The notes beneath the pieces are model-generated. The model searched no databases and was not told the origin of the DNA. It saw nothing but the letters and a program-made list of their open reading frames with translations. A stretch of 61,862 nucleotides of DNA from a virus (taxonomy: Duplodnaviria; Caudoviricetes), in IMG/VR virus record IMGVR_UViG_3300042937_000071, positions 1 to 61,862 of that record; one strand, written 5' to 3'. The translations under genes were made by a program, and so were the position numbers. How positions within the stretch are numbered: the stretch's first letter is position 1; each line of letters opens with the position of its first letter. Below are positions 1-9,348 of this stretch, one piece after another.

Positions 1-1
1 C

Positions 2-322
2 CCCCTTGATGTATCGGATGGTGTTTTCTTTATTAAGGCCGATGGCTCTACTTCTGTAAGCCTAGTTGTCGAGAAGAACGGCACAGCAACTACGACCTCC
101 AGCGTGGCTACTATGGCTAACGATACTTTCGTTCGGCTTGGTTTCTTCTACGATGGTGCGTCTGCAATTGAGTATTCCGTAAATGGAGTAACCAAAGGAA
201 CTTCAGTGACCACCAATCTGGTTGATGACGAAGACTTGACTGTTTCGTTTGCAATCCAAAATGGTGAAGCCGTCGCTAAAACGATGACTGTTGATTACAT
301 CTTCGTTGCGAAGGAGCGTTAA
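2..322 (+). CDS. 3' fragment of putative virion protein (allele of 53591-54283)
   Basis: Near-identical to the C-terminal part of 53591-54283; truncated by the window start. Confidence 0.9.
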   Translation, partial: PLDVSDGVFFIKADGSTSVSLVVEKNGTATTTSSVATMANDTFVRLGFFYDGASAIEYSVNGVTKGTSVTTNLVDDEDLTVSFAIQNGEAVAKTMTVDYIFVAKER

Positions 323-324
323 TC

Positions 325-1494
325 ATGGGCCAATTCAAACCAATGGTCAAAATGATGACCACTGAACCGACCGTTGAGTTAAAACTCAAAAAGGGCGGTC
401 ATGTGAACATGAAAAAAGGCGGTAAAGCCGAGGCTGGTCACAAGAAGATGGCCGATGGTGGTGGTGCTATGGGCGCATTGGCAGGGACTCCAGCCTTAAT
501 TGGCCGTCCTGCCGTCAATGCTCCTGTTCGCGCCCCGGGCAAGCCCTCAATGGCCTCACGCCGCAAGGCAATGATGGCAAAGCCAGCAATGGCCTCCAAA
601 GCGCCAATCGGCAATCCTTCGATGCCTTCAACACCAATGAAAAACGGTGGCGAGTCTAAGGCAACGCACAAGGCTGAAATGTCGAAGATGAAGGGTCTTG
701 AAAAAGAACTGAAGTCTCACGAGTCTAAGCCTGCCAGCAAAGGCCATAAAGGTCTTGCAACTGGTGGTGTTGCACTTGGTCAAGGTGGCTACAAAAAGGG
801 CGGCAATGTCAAGAAGTACGCCAAAGGCGGCGTGGCTGGCAATGGAGTTATTCCTGAGTCTGCTTCTGCAAAAGGCGCTGGCCCTTATCGCAATACTGAG
901 ATGCACACTGCTGAGTACACTGGCAAGTCCAGTGGCAAAACAGGCGGCGTGAAGAACGGTAACGGCGGTGGCTACAAGACTGGCGGCGTTGCTCTAGGCA
1001 ATGGTGGCGGCTACAAAAAAGGTGGTGCCACAAAAAAAGCCTACGCGACGGGGGGTACTGTTGATTCAGGCAAACCCGTCGCGATGCCCCAAGGCTCTAA
1101 AAAGCCTCCAACACCAGTAAGCATCAATCGTCTGACAGGTACTTACAAAAGCGGTGGCAAGGTAACTCCTGCCCAAGGCCGCTTGCAAGCAAACTTCAAA
1201 GCGGAGAACGCTACGGCCATGAAAGAGGCCAAGGCTGATACCAACTTGAAGTACAGCAAGTACCAGAAGATGGCTGATGGTGGTAAGCCAGTGGATTTGT
1301 CCAAAGGTGCATACGATGCTTCTAAAAAGCACAGTATGGAACTAGAGGATGCTTTGAATCCATTGAGCATGGTGAAGGAACTTGCAGGCAAAGCGAAAGA
1401 CTACTTCATGCCCAAGGGTGAAAGTGTGACCAAGACGAAAGAGTCTGTAACGGTTGCACCAGTGCCCAAAAAGCGTGGCGGTGGCGCTTGTTGA
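325..1494 (+). CDS. Basic K/G/A/M-rich protein with repeated xxxGG motifs, ending in Cys
   Basis: 389 aa ORF with AAGGAG RBS; allele at 54286-55479; lies two genes downstream of the capsid gene in genome order. Confidence 0.85.
   Translation: MGQFKPMVKMMTTEPTVELKLKKGGHVNMKKGGKAEAGHKKMADGGGAMGALAGTPALIGRPAVNAPVRAPGKPSMASRRKAMMAKPAMASKAPIGNPSMPSTPMKNGGESKATHKAEMSKMKGLEKELKSHESKPASKGHKGLATGGVALGQGGYKKGGNVKKYAKGGVAGNGVIPESASAKGAGPYRNTEMHTAEYTGKSSGKTGGVKNGNGGGYKTGGVALGNGGGYKKGGATKKAYATGGTVDSGKPVAMPQGSKKPPTPVSINRLTGTYKSGGKVTPAQGRLQANFKAENATAMKEAKADTNLKYSKYQKMADGGKPVDLSKGAYDASKKHSMELEDALNPLSMVKELAGKAKDYFMPKGESVTKTKESVTVAPVPKKRGGGAC
1032..1083 (+). promoter_or_regulatory. Putative -1 ribosomal frameshift signal
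   Basis: In-frame A_AAA_AAA (1032-1038), 5-nt spacer, stem CGCGACGGG (1044-1052) / CCCGTCGCG (1075-1083); conserved at 54984-55035. Confidence 0.7.
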
Positions 1495-1500
1495 AAACGA

Positions 1501-1526
1501 GTGGGGGCTTCGGCCCCCGCTTTTAA
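1501..1526 (+). terminator. Intrinsic terminator (cUUCGg hairpin)
   Basis: GTGGGGGC-TTCG-GCCCCCGC followed by TTTT. Confidence 0.8.
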
Positions 1527-1541
1527 TTTAAGGAATAAGTC

Positions 1542-1946
1542 ATGGCCGATGCAGTCGCAAGTCAAACGCTCATAGATGGTGAGCGGATGGCAATCATGAA
1601 ATTCACCAACCTTTCTGACGGTACTGGTGAAAGCAAAGTTTTGAAGGTAGATGTTTCTGCTTTGACATCAAGTGCATCTGGTTTAGCCTGCACTGGCGTA
1701 ACTATTACAAAAATCCATGCCGCAACGCATGGCTTGGAAGTACAGATTTATTGGGATGCAACCGCAGATGTATTTTGCTGGTGTGTGCCACAAAATTCTC
1801 AATACACGATGGATTTCGATAAGTTCGGCGGTTTGACTAACAACGCAGGCGCTGGCGTAACTGGTGATGTATTGTTCAGCACTGCTGATGCTACTGCTGG
1901 TGACTTCTATACCATCGTCCTTGAGATGGTTAAATCTTACGGTTAA
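1542..1946 (+). CDS. Hypothetical beta-rich protein, probably structural
   Basis: 134 aa ORF with AAGGA RBS; replaced by an unrelated gene in copy B. Confidence 0.75.
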   Translation: MADAVASQTLIDGERMAIMKFTNLSDGTGESKVLKVDVSALTSSASGLACTGVTITKIHAATHGLEVQIYWDATADVFCWCVPQNSQYTMDFDKFGGLTNNAGAGVTGDVLFSTADATAGDFYTIVLEMVKSYG

Positions 1947-1948
1947 TT

Positions 1949-2473
1949 ATGCCAAGCAAATCACCTGCTCAACATCGTTTGATGGAGGCGGTAGCGCACA
2001 ACCCTGCGTTCGCCAAAAAGACAGGTATCCCTCAAAAAGTCGGCAAAGAGTTTGCCAAGGCTGATAAAGGGAAAGAATTTAAAGGAGGCGGTTTGTATGA
2101 AAACATTCATAAAAAACGCGAAAGAATCGCTGAAGGTTCTGGCGAAAAGATGCGCCGAGTGGGTAGCGAAGGTGCGCCAACGGCTAAAGCCTTCAAAGAA
2201 TCAGCAAAAACCGCCAAATTAAAAGATGGCGGGCCAAGTCTTGCCGTTGGTCGAGGTGAAAAACTTTCGACAAAAGAAGGCGCAGGGCTTACGCAAAAGG
2301 GCCGAGACAAATACAATAGAGAGACTGGGAGCAAGTTAAAGGCTCCACAGCCTCAAGGCGGCGCTCGAAAGGATTCTTTTTGTGCCCGTATGAGTGGCGT
2401 TGTAGAACATTCAAAAGGGGACGCTCCACGCGCCAAGGCATCGCTAAAGCGGTGGGATTGCCCCGGTTGGTAA
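1949..2473 (+). CDS. Basic modular protein; C-terminal RKxSFCARM...RWxC domain (DUF6321-like)
   Basis: Motif recalled from phage proteins; shorter allele at 56311-56694. Confidence 0.75.
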   Translation: MPSKSPAQHRLMEAVAHNPAFAKKTGIPQKVGKEFAKADKGKEFKGGGLYENIHKKRERIAEGSGEKMRRVGSEGAPTAKAFKESAKTAKLKDGGPSLAVGRGEKLSTKEGAGLTQKGRDKYNRETGSKLKAPQPQGGARKDSFCARMSGVVEHSKGDAPRAKASLKRWDCPGW

Positions 2474-2482
2474 GGAGTCAAA

Positions 2483-3544
2483 ATGGCGTATTCAGGAACC
2501 GTTGGTCAAACCGTCATCAATGTCCAAACATTGATTGATCACGGCGCTCGACGCTGTGGCAAGTTGGCCGAGGAGTTGACCTCTGAGCAGGTTCTGTCAG
2601 CACGCCAGTCTCTTTACTTCCTCTTGTCTGATCTAGGCAACCGAGGCATTCAATTTTGGACAATCACCAAGAAGGTTATTGGCCTAACCCCTGACAAGTA
2701 CATATACGACCTCCCAAAGGGTTCTATTGACCTCTGGAACACGCTATATCGCACGATGAGCCGTCCAAGCGGGTCATACACCACTTCTGCTGGCGGAACC
2801 GTTGCAAACGCGTATGACGGCGATGTAGACACCATTTGCACGCAGACATCAACCAACGGCAACATTTCGGTCAACTACGGCACATCAAACCCCATTTATA
2901 TTGGCTCAATTGGCTTGTTGCCTGCGTCCACTGGGACTTGGTCAATCATTTACGAATATTCAATTGACGGCACAACATGGAAGACTTTGGTTGACCTTGG
3001 CTCTGTTGCTGTTGTGGATAACGAGTGGATTTGGACTGACATCGTTGCAGGCCAGACCGTTCAATACTATCGTTGCCGTGTCTATAACGGCACCACGCTT
3101 TCTGTTCGCGAGTTGTACTTTGGGAACAATTCGCTTGAGGTGCAGATGTCTTCGCTCAACCGTGACGACTACACCAACCTGCCAAACAAAGATTTCACGG
3201 CCAATCAGCCGTATCAGTATTGGTTTAACCGCCAGATTCCAAACCCACAAATCTATATCTGGCCTGTGCCGTCTACTGCTTTTGTGCAGATGACTTGCTG
3301 GTACTCGCGCCAGATTGAGGATGTGGGCGCTTTGACTGACGAGTTGGAAATTCCACAGCGTTGGTATGAGGCTGTGCAGATGATGCTGGCTCACAAGATG
3401 AGCCTCGAACTGCCTCAAGTTGCGATGGATCGCATTGGCTATCTGGAGAAGATGGCCGAGAAACACCTCTACATTGCAGAGCAAGAAGAGCGTGATCGCT
3501 CACCAATTTATTGGGCACCGAACATTTCGGTGTACACAGCGTAA
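2483..3544 (+). CDS. Putative head-tail adaptor/tail tubular protein with inserted beta-sandwich domain
   Basis: 353 aa; helical N/C termini with IYIWPVP...LEIPQRWYEA pattern typical of podoviral adaptors; allele 56704-57777. Confidence 0.6.
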   Translation: MAYSGTVGQTVINVQTLIDHGARRCGKLAEELTSEQVLSARQSLYFLLSDLGNRGIQFWTITKKVIGLTPDKYIYDLPKGSIDLWNTLYRTMSRPSGSYTTSAGGTVANAYDGDVDTICTQTSTNGNISVNYGTSNPIYIGSIGLLPASTGTWSIIYEYSIDGTTWKTLVDLGSVAVVDNEWIWTDIVAGQTVQYYRCRVYNGTTLSVRELYFGNNSLEVQMSSLNRDDYTNLPNKDFTANQPYQYWFNRQIPNPQIYIWPVPSTAFVQMTCWYSRQIEDVGALTDELEIPQRWYEAVQMMLAHKMSLELPQVAMDRIGYLEKMAEKHLYIAEQEERDRSPIYWAPNISVYTA

Positions 3545-3918
3545 TGCCAATCTTTCTCGACACAACAGGACTGACTTCGATTGCCATCGGTGTATGCGAC
3601 CGATGCAAGATGAAACGCGCCTTTGTGCAACTGGGGCCAGACCCCAACTTCCCCGGGTTACGGGTGTGCGACCAAGGGTGCAGGGATCAATTTGACCCCT
3701 ATCGCCTTGCCGCCCGTAAGACCGAGCGTATCAACCTGCGGTTTCCTCGTCCTGATGTACCTATCGGTGCTGGCGACAATTACCTGATGACTGGCAGTCA
3801 ATCAATGGATGGCACAAGCCAGTTCCAGATTTCGACTGAGCAGAACACACAGACGCCAACATTGACAGGCAACAAAGATACGATTGCGCCGAACCCGCCC
3901 GACAATACGAGTACATAA
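3544..3918 (+). CDS. Small CxxC...CxxxC zinc-binding phage protein
   Basis: CDRC and VCDQGC motifs; TAATG coupling; allele 57777-58118. Confidence 0.75.
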   Translation: MPIFLDTTGLTSIAIGVCDRCKMKRAFVQLGPDPNFPGLRVCDQGCRDQFDPYRLAARKTERINLRFPRPDVPIGAGDNYLMTGSQSMDGTSQFQISTEQNTQTPTLTGNKDTIAPNPPDNTST

Positions 3919-6528
3919 ATGTCAGCACAAGTCGCCATTACCCAACTCCCAACCGCTGGTGCCATAACAGGCACTGAAGCGGTTCCTATCGTCCAAAATG
4001 GCGTGACCGTGCAGACTACGACGGGGGCTATTGCCGCTTCGCCGTCGCAGACTTACACATACCTGACCGTCAATCAAACCCCTCAGTTGCCCAATAGTCG
4101 TTATTTCGGGGCAACCAATGGCTTGTCGATTACTGACGGTGGTGCGCAAGGACTCTTCAATATAAGCACCACAGGCGCTTTATTGTCTTTGGTGAACTCT
4201 GGTACTGGGTTCCAAGTAAAAACCTCCTCTACGGCCATTACAGGCCGTTCTATTGCTGTTACTGGCGTTGGACTGGGAATTACCAACGGCGATGGCATTG
4301 CAGGCAACCCGACAATTGCTTTGGCAGGCCAAGTTTTGTCTTTGGCGAACCTTTCTGGCAATGGTTTGGTGACCGTCAACACGAGCGGGATCATCAATTC
4401 GACCAACATTCTGGGCACCGCAAACCAGATTTCGGTGGCAAATGGGGACGCTGTAAGCGGTGCGCCGACGGTTGCGCTGGCTGATAACGCGATATTGCCC
4501 GGTACCGCCTCGATGACCGTGCCTATTGGCACCACCCTGCAACAGCCTCTTGGCTCTAATGGTCAGTTCCGATTTAACAGCACCACCCAGACTTTTGACG
4601 GTTATTCGGCTGGTACATGGCGACAGTTCTCTCTGTCTGGCGGTGTAACGACCTTCAGTGGTGGTTCTACTGGCCTGACACCAAACACCCCAACTGGTGG
4701 TGCTGTGACCCTCGCTGGCACGCTGATTGTGCCCAATGGCGGTACAGGGGCCACAAGTTTGCTTGGCTATGTCTATGGCAACGGCACGGCCTCCATGACG
4801 GCCTCGACCACCATACCAACGACTGACTTGAGCGGTGTGATCACCAATGCTCAATTGCAAAACAGTTCTGTGACTTACAACGGCGTGACCGTTGCTCTTG
4901 GCGCGTCGGGCACGATTACAGCGACCGCATCAAATCCTTTGACAATTGGCACAGGTTTGACTGGCTCGTCCTACAATGGCTCCGCGCCCGTCACCATCAC
5001 GATTGACTCTACTGTTGCCACCTTGACTGGTGCGCAAACGCTCACAAACAAAACGATGAGCGGTGCAAGCAACACCTTTACAAACATTCCAAACGGCGCG
5101 TTGGACAACAGCACCATCTCTGGTGTGGCGCTGGGTTCCAACTTGTTTGCGTTGACCATCGGCACTGGCCTGACTGGCTCTTCGTACAACGGCTCTGGCG
5201 CTGTGACTGTTGCGATTGACTCGACCGTCGTGACATTGACAGGCACTCAGACACTGACTGGCAAGTCCATGTCTGGCTCGACCAACACATTTACAAACCT
5301 GCCAAACAGTGCGCTGACCAACAACTCGATCACGCTGGGCACAACCAATGTGGCGCTTGGCGGTACAAGCCTGACCCTTGGTGGATTGACTTCGGTTACG
5401 GTCACCCAAGACCCAGTAAGCAATTTCCAGTTGGCGACTAAGCAGTATGTTGATACCTTGGTTGCCTCTGGCATTCATTTCCATACGCCTGTTCGCGTCG
5501 AGTCTCCAACTCCGCTGAATGCGACCTACAACCAACCCGGGGGTGCTGGAGATGGCGTAGGCGCAACATTGACCAATGCAGGCACCCAAGCCGCTTTGGT
5601 GATCGACGGCGTAACCGTTGCGGTCAATGACCGCGTGCTGGTTTACACACAAACAAACGCCACTCAAAACGGCGTCTATGTGGTGACTGACACAGGCTCT
5701 GTTTCAACAAACTGGATTCTGACTCGCTCATCTGATACCAATACCTACGGGATTGTTGGCCCAACCACACTGAGCGAAGGCTCGACCTTCTTTGTTCAGC
5801 AAGGCACAACTGGTGCTGGTGAGACCTACACCTGCAATACGCAGGGTGTGATCGTTTTTGGTACGACCAACATCAATTTCGTGCAGATCAGTTCTACGCA
5901 GATTTATTCCGCAGGCACTGGTTTGACATTGTCTGGCACGCAGTTCAGCATCAGCAACACTGCTGTGACTGCTGGCGCATACGGTTCTGCATCGTCTGTT
6001 GGCACATTCACTGTGAATGCTCAAGGTCAGTTGACCTTGGCATCTAGCACCGCGATTGCAATCAACGGCAACCAGATTACCTCTGGCACTGTGGGTTCTG
6101 CGTACATCAGCGGCTCTTACACTGGCATCACAGGTGTTGGCACGCTGACCGTAGGCGCATGGAACGCTTCAACAATTGACGCAGGCTTTGGTGGAACAGG
6201 AATATCTACCTACACTGGTGGTGACTTGTTGTACGCCTCTGGAACCACAACGCTTGCCAAGTTGGGTATCGGCGCGGCCAATTATGTGCTGACCTCGTCT
6301 GGCACTGCTCCTCAGTATGTTGCTCAGTCAACCCTGTCTGTTGGCTCTGCGACAAACGCAACAAACGCAACGAATACCGCAATTACGGCTGACTCGACAA
6401 ATGCAACAAATTACCTAACTTTTGTCAATGCTACTACTGGAAATCTGGGGCAATTGGTAAACTCATCAATAACTTGCAATCCATCGACTGGCAAATTAAC
6501 AGGCGGGATCGCTGGAGGAACTTTCTAA
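3919..6528 (+). CDS. Tail fibre protein
   Basis: 869 aa G/T/S/N-rich, QTLTNKT repeats, ATKQYVD motif, ends GGTF. Confidence 0.8.
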   Translation: MSAQVAITQLPTAGAITGTEAVPIVQNGVTVQTTTGAIAASPSQTYTYLTVNQTPQLPNSRYFGATNGLSITDGGAQGLFNISTTGALLSLVNSGTGFQVKTSSTAITGRSIAVTGVGLGITNGDGIAGNPTIALAGQVLSLANLSGNGLVTVNTSGIINSTNILGTANQISVANGDAVSGAPTVALADNAILPGTASMTVPIGTTLQQPLGSNGQFRFNSTTQTFDGYSAGTWRQFSLSGGVTTFSGGSTGLTPNTPTGGAVTLAGTLIVPNGGTGATSLLGYVYGNGTASMTASTTIPTTDLSGVITNAQLQNSSVTYNGVTVALGASGTITATASNPLTIGTGLTGSSYNGSAPVTITIDSTVATLTGAQTLTNKTMSGASNTFTNIPNGALDNSTISGVALGSNLFALTIGTGLTGSSYNGSGAVTVAIDSTVVTLTGTQTLTGKSMSGSTNTFTNLPNSALTNNSITLGTTNVALGGTSLTLGGLTSVTVTQDPVSNFQLATKQYVDTLVASGIHFHTPVRVESPTPLNATYNQPGGAGDGVGATLTNAGTQAALVIDGVTVAVNDRVLVYTQTNATQNGVYVVTDTGSVSTNWILTRSSDTNTYGIVGPTTLSEGSTFFVQQGTTGAGETYTCNTQGVIVFGTTNINFVQISSTQIYSAGTGLTLSGTQFSISNTAVTAGAYGSASSVGTFTVNAQGQLTLASSTAIAINGNQITSGTVGSAYISGSYTGITGVGTLTVGAWNASTIDAGFGGTGISTYTGGDLLYASGTTTLAKLGIGAANYVLTSSGTAPQYVAQSTLSVGSATNATNATNTAITADSTNATNYLTFVNATTGNLGQLVNSSITCNPSTGKLTGGIAGGTF

Positions 6529-7629
6529 ATGTCACAAGCAGGATATACACCAATTCAACTGTACTACAGCACCACTGCGCTTGCTGTACCGACTGCTGGC
6601 AATCTTGCTGATGGCGAGTTGGCGCTCAACATCACTGACGGCAAGTTGTACTACAAAGACGGCGGCACGGTAAAACTGCTGGCCTCCAACGGTGGCTCAA
6701 GCCCTGTAACCTCGTTCCAGACTTCTTTAGGTGGCTTGACCCCATCCACGGCCACAACTGGCGTGGTGACCCTTGCAGGCACCTTGAACACCACTTCTGG
6801 TGGTACGGGCCTGACTTCATACACCGCTGGTGATCTGTCCTACTATGCGACGGGCACCACTCTGACCAAACTAGGCATTGGCTCTGCTGGTCAGATTTTG
6901 ACTTCGACTGGTGCCGCTCCGCAGTGGTCTACGCTGTCTGGCGTGGCTGTGACGACTTTCTCTGCTGGCACGACTGGATTGACTCCTGCGTCAGCAACTT
7001 CTGGCGCAATTACTTTGGCTGGCACTTTGGTGGTGTCAAACGGTGGCACTGGGTTGACCAGTTTGACCGCTGGCTACATTCCTTTTGGTGCTGGTACTTC
7101 TGCCTTTGGTAACTCTGCAAACCTGTTCTGGGACTCTGCAAACAACCGATTTGGTGTTGGCACTTCGTCCCCTGCGGTGACGGTGTCAATTTCCGCAACT
7201 GATGCGATTTTGTTGCCTGTCGGAACGACTGGTCAGCGCCCAACTGGCGCGACTGGTTATCTGCGATTCAACACAACGACTGCCGCTTTTGAGGGCTACA
7301 ACGGCACCTCTTGGACTTCTGTAGGTGGCGCGAATGTCACCAATGACACCACGACAGCGACGGCTCTGTATCCGCTCTTTGCAAATGTGACCACGGGCGC
7401 GGCGACCAATGTCTACACCTCAAACGCAAAACTGCTCTACACCCCATCAAATGGCGAATTGCAGTCTGCTGAGTTGTACGCAAACAATGGCGTGCTTACC
7501 CATGCGAATCAAGTTTCTACAAGTTACACCGTCCCAACGAATGCAAATGTGATTACGGTTGGCCCTTGGACAGTTGCGTCTGGCGCTACTTTCACTCTGC
7601 CTTCTGGTAGCCGTCAAGTTCTTCTGTAA
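6529..7629 (+). CDS. Tail fibre protein with N-terminal GELALNITDGKLYY anchor domain
   Basis: Fibre-type repeats; allele 60770-61810. Confidence 0.75.
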   Translation: MSQAGYTPIQLYYSTTALAVPTAGNLADGELALNITDGKLYYKDGGTVKLLASNGGSSPVTSFQTSLGGLTPSTATTGVVTLAGTLNTTSGGTGLTSYTAGDLSYYATGTTLTKLGIGSAGQILTSTGAAPQWSTLSGVAVTTFSAGTTGLTPASATSGAITLAGTLVVSNGGTGLTSLTAGYIPFGAGTSAFGNSANLFWDSANNRFGVGTSSPAVTVSISATDAILLPVGTTGQRPTGATGYLRFNTTTAAFEGYNGTSWTSVGGANVTNDTTTATALYPLFANVTTGAATNVYTSNAKLLYTPSNGELQSAELYANNGVLTHANQVSTSYTVPTNANVITVGPWTVASGATFTLPSGSRQVLL

Positions 7630-7638
7630 GGATAAAAA

Positions 7639-8736
7639 ATGTCAACGATACGCGCAGGAACAACTACTACAACCGCCCTACAGACTACGGGCGACACAAC
7701 TGGCAATATTGTTTTGCAACCAGATTCTGGGATTGCATCTATCAGCGCAACTGGCGCTTTAACAATTCCCGTTGGAACAACCGCTCAACGACCAGCAAGT
7801 CCTGCCTCTGGTATGACTCGCATGAACACTACGACTGGCTTTCCAGAGTGGTATGACACAGTCACATCTAATTGGGTGCAATTTAACAGCGCCCCAACTT
7901 ATACGATTGAGTATTTGAATGTTGCTGGTGGTGCAGGAGGCGGAAATAATGCAGGTGGTCATGCAGGTGGTGGCGGTGGTGCTGGCGGTTATTTGGCGAC
8001 ATCTGTATCTGGCGTATCACCATCACAGACATATACGATTGTTGTTGGAGCGGGTGGGGCAGGTGGTGGAACAAGCGGAACTGGACAAGGTTTTAATGGA
8101 ACAAACTCATCTATTTCAGGCCCCGCTATATCATCAACCTCAACAGGAGGTGGAGGTGGTGGTGGTGTAAATAACTTTGTACCCGGCACTGCTGGCGGCT
8201 CTGGTGGCGGCGGTTCTGGTCGTGGAAATACGGCTGGAGGTGCTGGAACTGTAGGTCAAGGTTTTGCTGGTGGATTTTCAGACCCAGACAACGCACCCGG
8301 TGAAAACGCTGGTGGTGGAGGTGGTGGTGCATCCGCAGTAGGTAGCAATGGTCAATGGAATAACGGTGGTATTGCTCGTGGTGGCGATGGCGGTAATGGT
8401 TTGAATTGGCAATCACTAGGTACTTACTATGCAGGCGGTGGTGGTGGCGGAGTTTCAAGCAACCAACCGGGCGCAACTTATCAAAACTCTTCTGGCGGTT
8501 TAGGTGGGGGAGGTACAGGTGGTACAGGCAACATGAATGGAATGACCGCAGGAACCGCCAATACTGGTGGTGGAGGTGGTGGCACTGGAGAGTCGGGAAA
8601 CGGAGCCGCAGGCGGTTCTGGTATTGTGATTCTTCGCTATTTATCAGCAAGCCAGCGAGGAAATGGGGGAACTGTGACAAATTCTGGTGGATATTACTAT
8701 CACACCTTTACGACTAGCGGGACTTACACATCGTGA
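7639..8736 (+). CDS. Glycine-rich fibre/receptor-binding protein 1
   Basis: GTTAQRP knob plus poly-Gly domain ending TFTTSGTYTS. Confidence 0.75.
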   Translation: MSTIRAGTTTTTALQTTGDTTGNIVLQPDSGIASISATGALTIPVGTTAQRPASPASGMTRMNTTTGFPEWYDTVTSNWVQFNSAPTYTIEYLNVAGGAGGGNNAGGHAGGGGGAGGYLATSVSGVSPSQTYTIVVGAGGAGGGTSGTGQGFNGTNSSISGPAISSTSTGGGGGGGVNNFVPGTAGGSGGGGSGRGNTAGGAGTVGQGFAGGFSDPDNAPGENAGGGGGGASAVGSNGQWNNGGIARGGDGGNGLNWQSLGTYYAGGGGGGVSSNQPGATYQNSSGGLGGGGTGGTGNMNGMTAGTANTGGGGGGTGESGNGAAGGSGIVILRYLSASQRGNGGTVTNSGGYYYHTFTTSGTYTS

Positions 8737-9338
8737 TTACCCACGCTTTATTCCCTACTGCTGTTACTTTTGAAACTCTTGAGCGTGAATTCACTCAAGA
8801 GGAAAAAGCATTTTTTGAAAAAATTTCAAAAGACACAAATAAAATTATTGGGAATTCTACAAGCAACAATACTTATGTTTTGGATGAGCCTGAGATGGCT
8901 GAATTAAAGTCATTCATAGGGCAAGGTGTGGCAAAGTACATCTCTCTTATCTGCCAACTTGCAGATGGTCACCAAATTGAGATTACTCAGTCTTGGCTAA
9001 ACTACACCGAAAAAGGTCAGTTCCATCATAAGCACCGTCATCCAAACAGTTTTCTGTCTGGTGTGTTTTATATCAATGCAAAAAAAGATTTTGACAAGAT
9101 TTATTTATTCAAGGACGAATTTAAGCAAATCAAGCCTGAGATAAAAGAGTTCAATATGTTTAACTCTGATTCTTGGTTTTTTAGTGTGGAGTCCATGCAG
9201 TTAGTTTTGTTTCCATCAAGCCTTGAGCATATGGTGCAGACTGTTGAGTCTGATGAAACACGAGTGAGTTTGGCTTTCAACACATTCTTTAAAGGAACTA
9301 TTGGTTCTAATAAAGGATTAACAGAATTGAAGATTTGA
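8733..9338 (+). CDS. Putative 2OG-Fe(II) oxygenase (TIGR02466-like)
   Basis: SWLN, HxHPNS..LSGVFY, LFPSSLEHMV and RVSLAFN motifs; GTG start overlapping upstream stop. Confidence 0.85.
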   Translation: MITHALFPTAVTFETLEREFTQEEKAFFEKISKDTNKIIGNSTSNNTYVLDEPEMAELKSFIGQGVAKYISLICQLADGHQIEITQSWLNYTEKGQFHHKHRHPNSFLSGVFYINAKKDFDKIYLFKDEFKQIKPEIKEFNMFNSDSWFFSVESMQLVLFPSSLEHMVQTVESDETRVSLAFNTFFKGTIGSNKGLTELKI

Positions 9339-9348
9339 GGAAAAGAAC

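Larger units (their letters stand above)
1..7681. repeat. Divergent copy A of the region repeated at 53962-61862
   Basis: Same gene order and homologous proteins; position 1 aligns to 53962; 7555-7681 is identical to 61736-61862. Confidence 0.97.

Noticed and set aside
1-7681. Direct terminal repeat of the virion DNA
   Set aside because: True terminal repeats are identical; these copies are divergent and include a gene replacement
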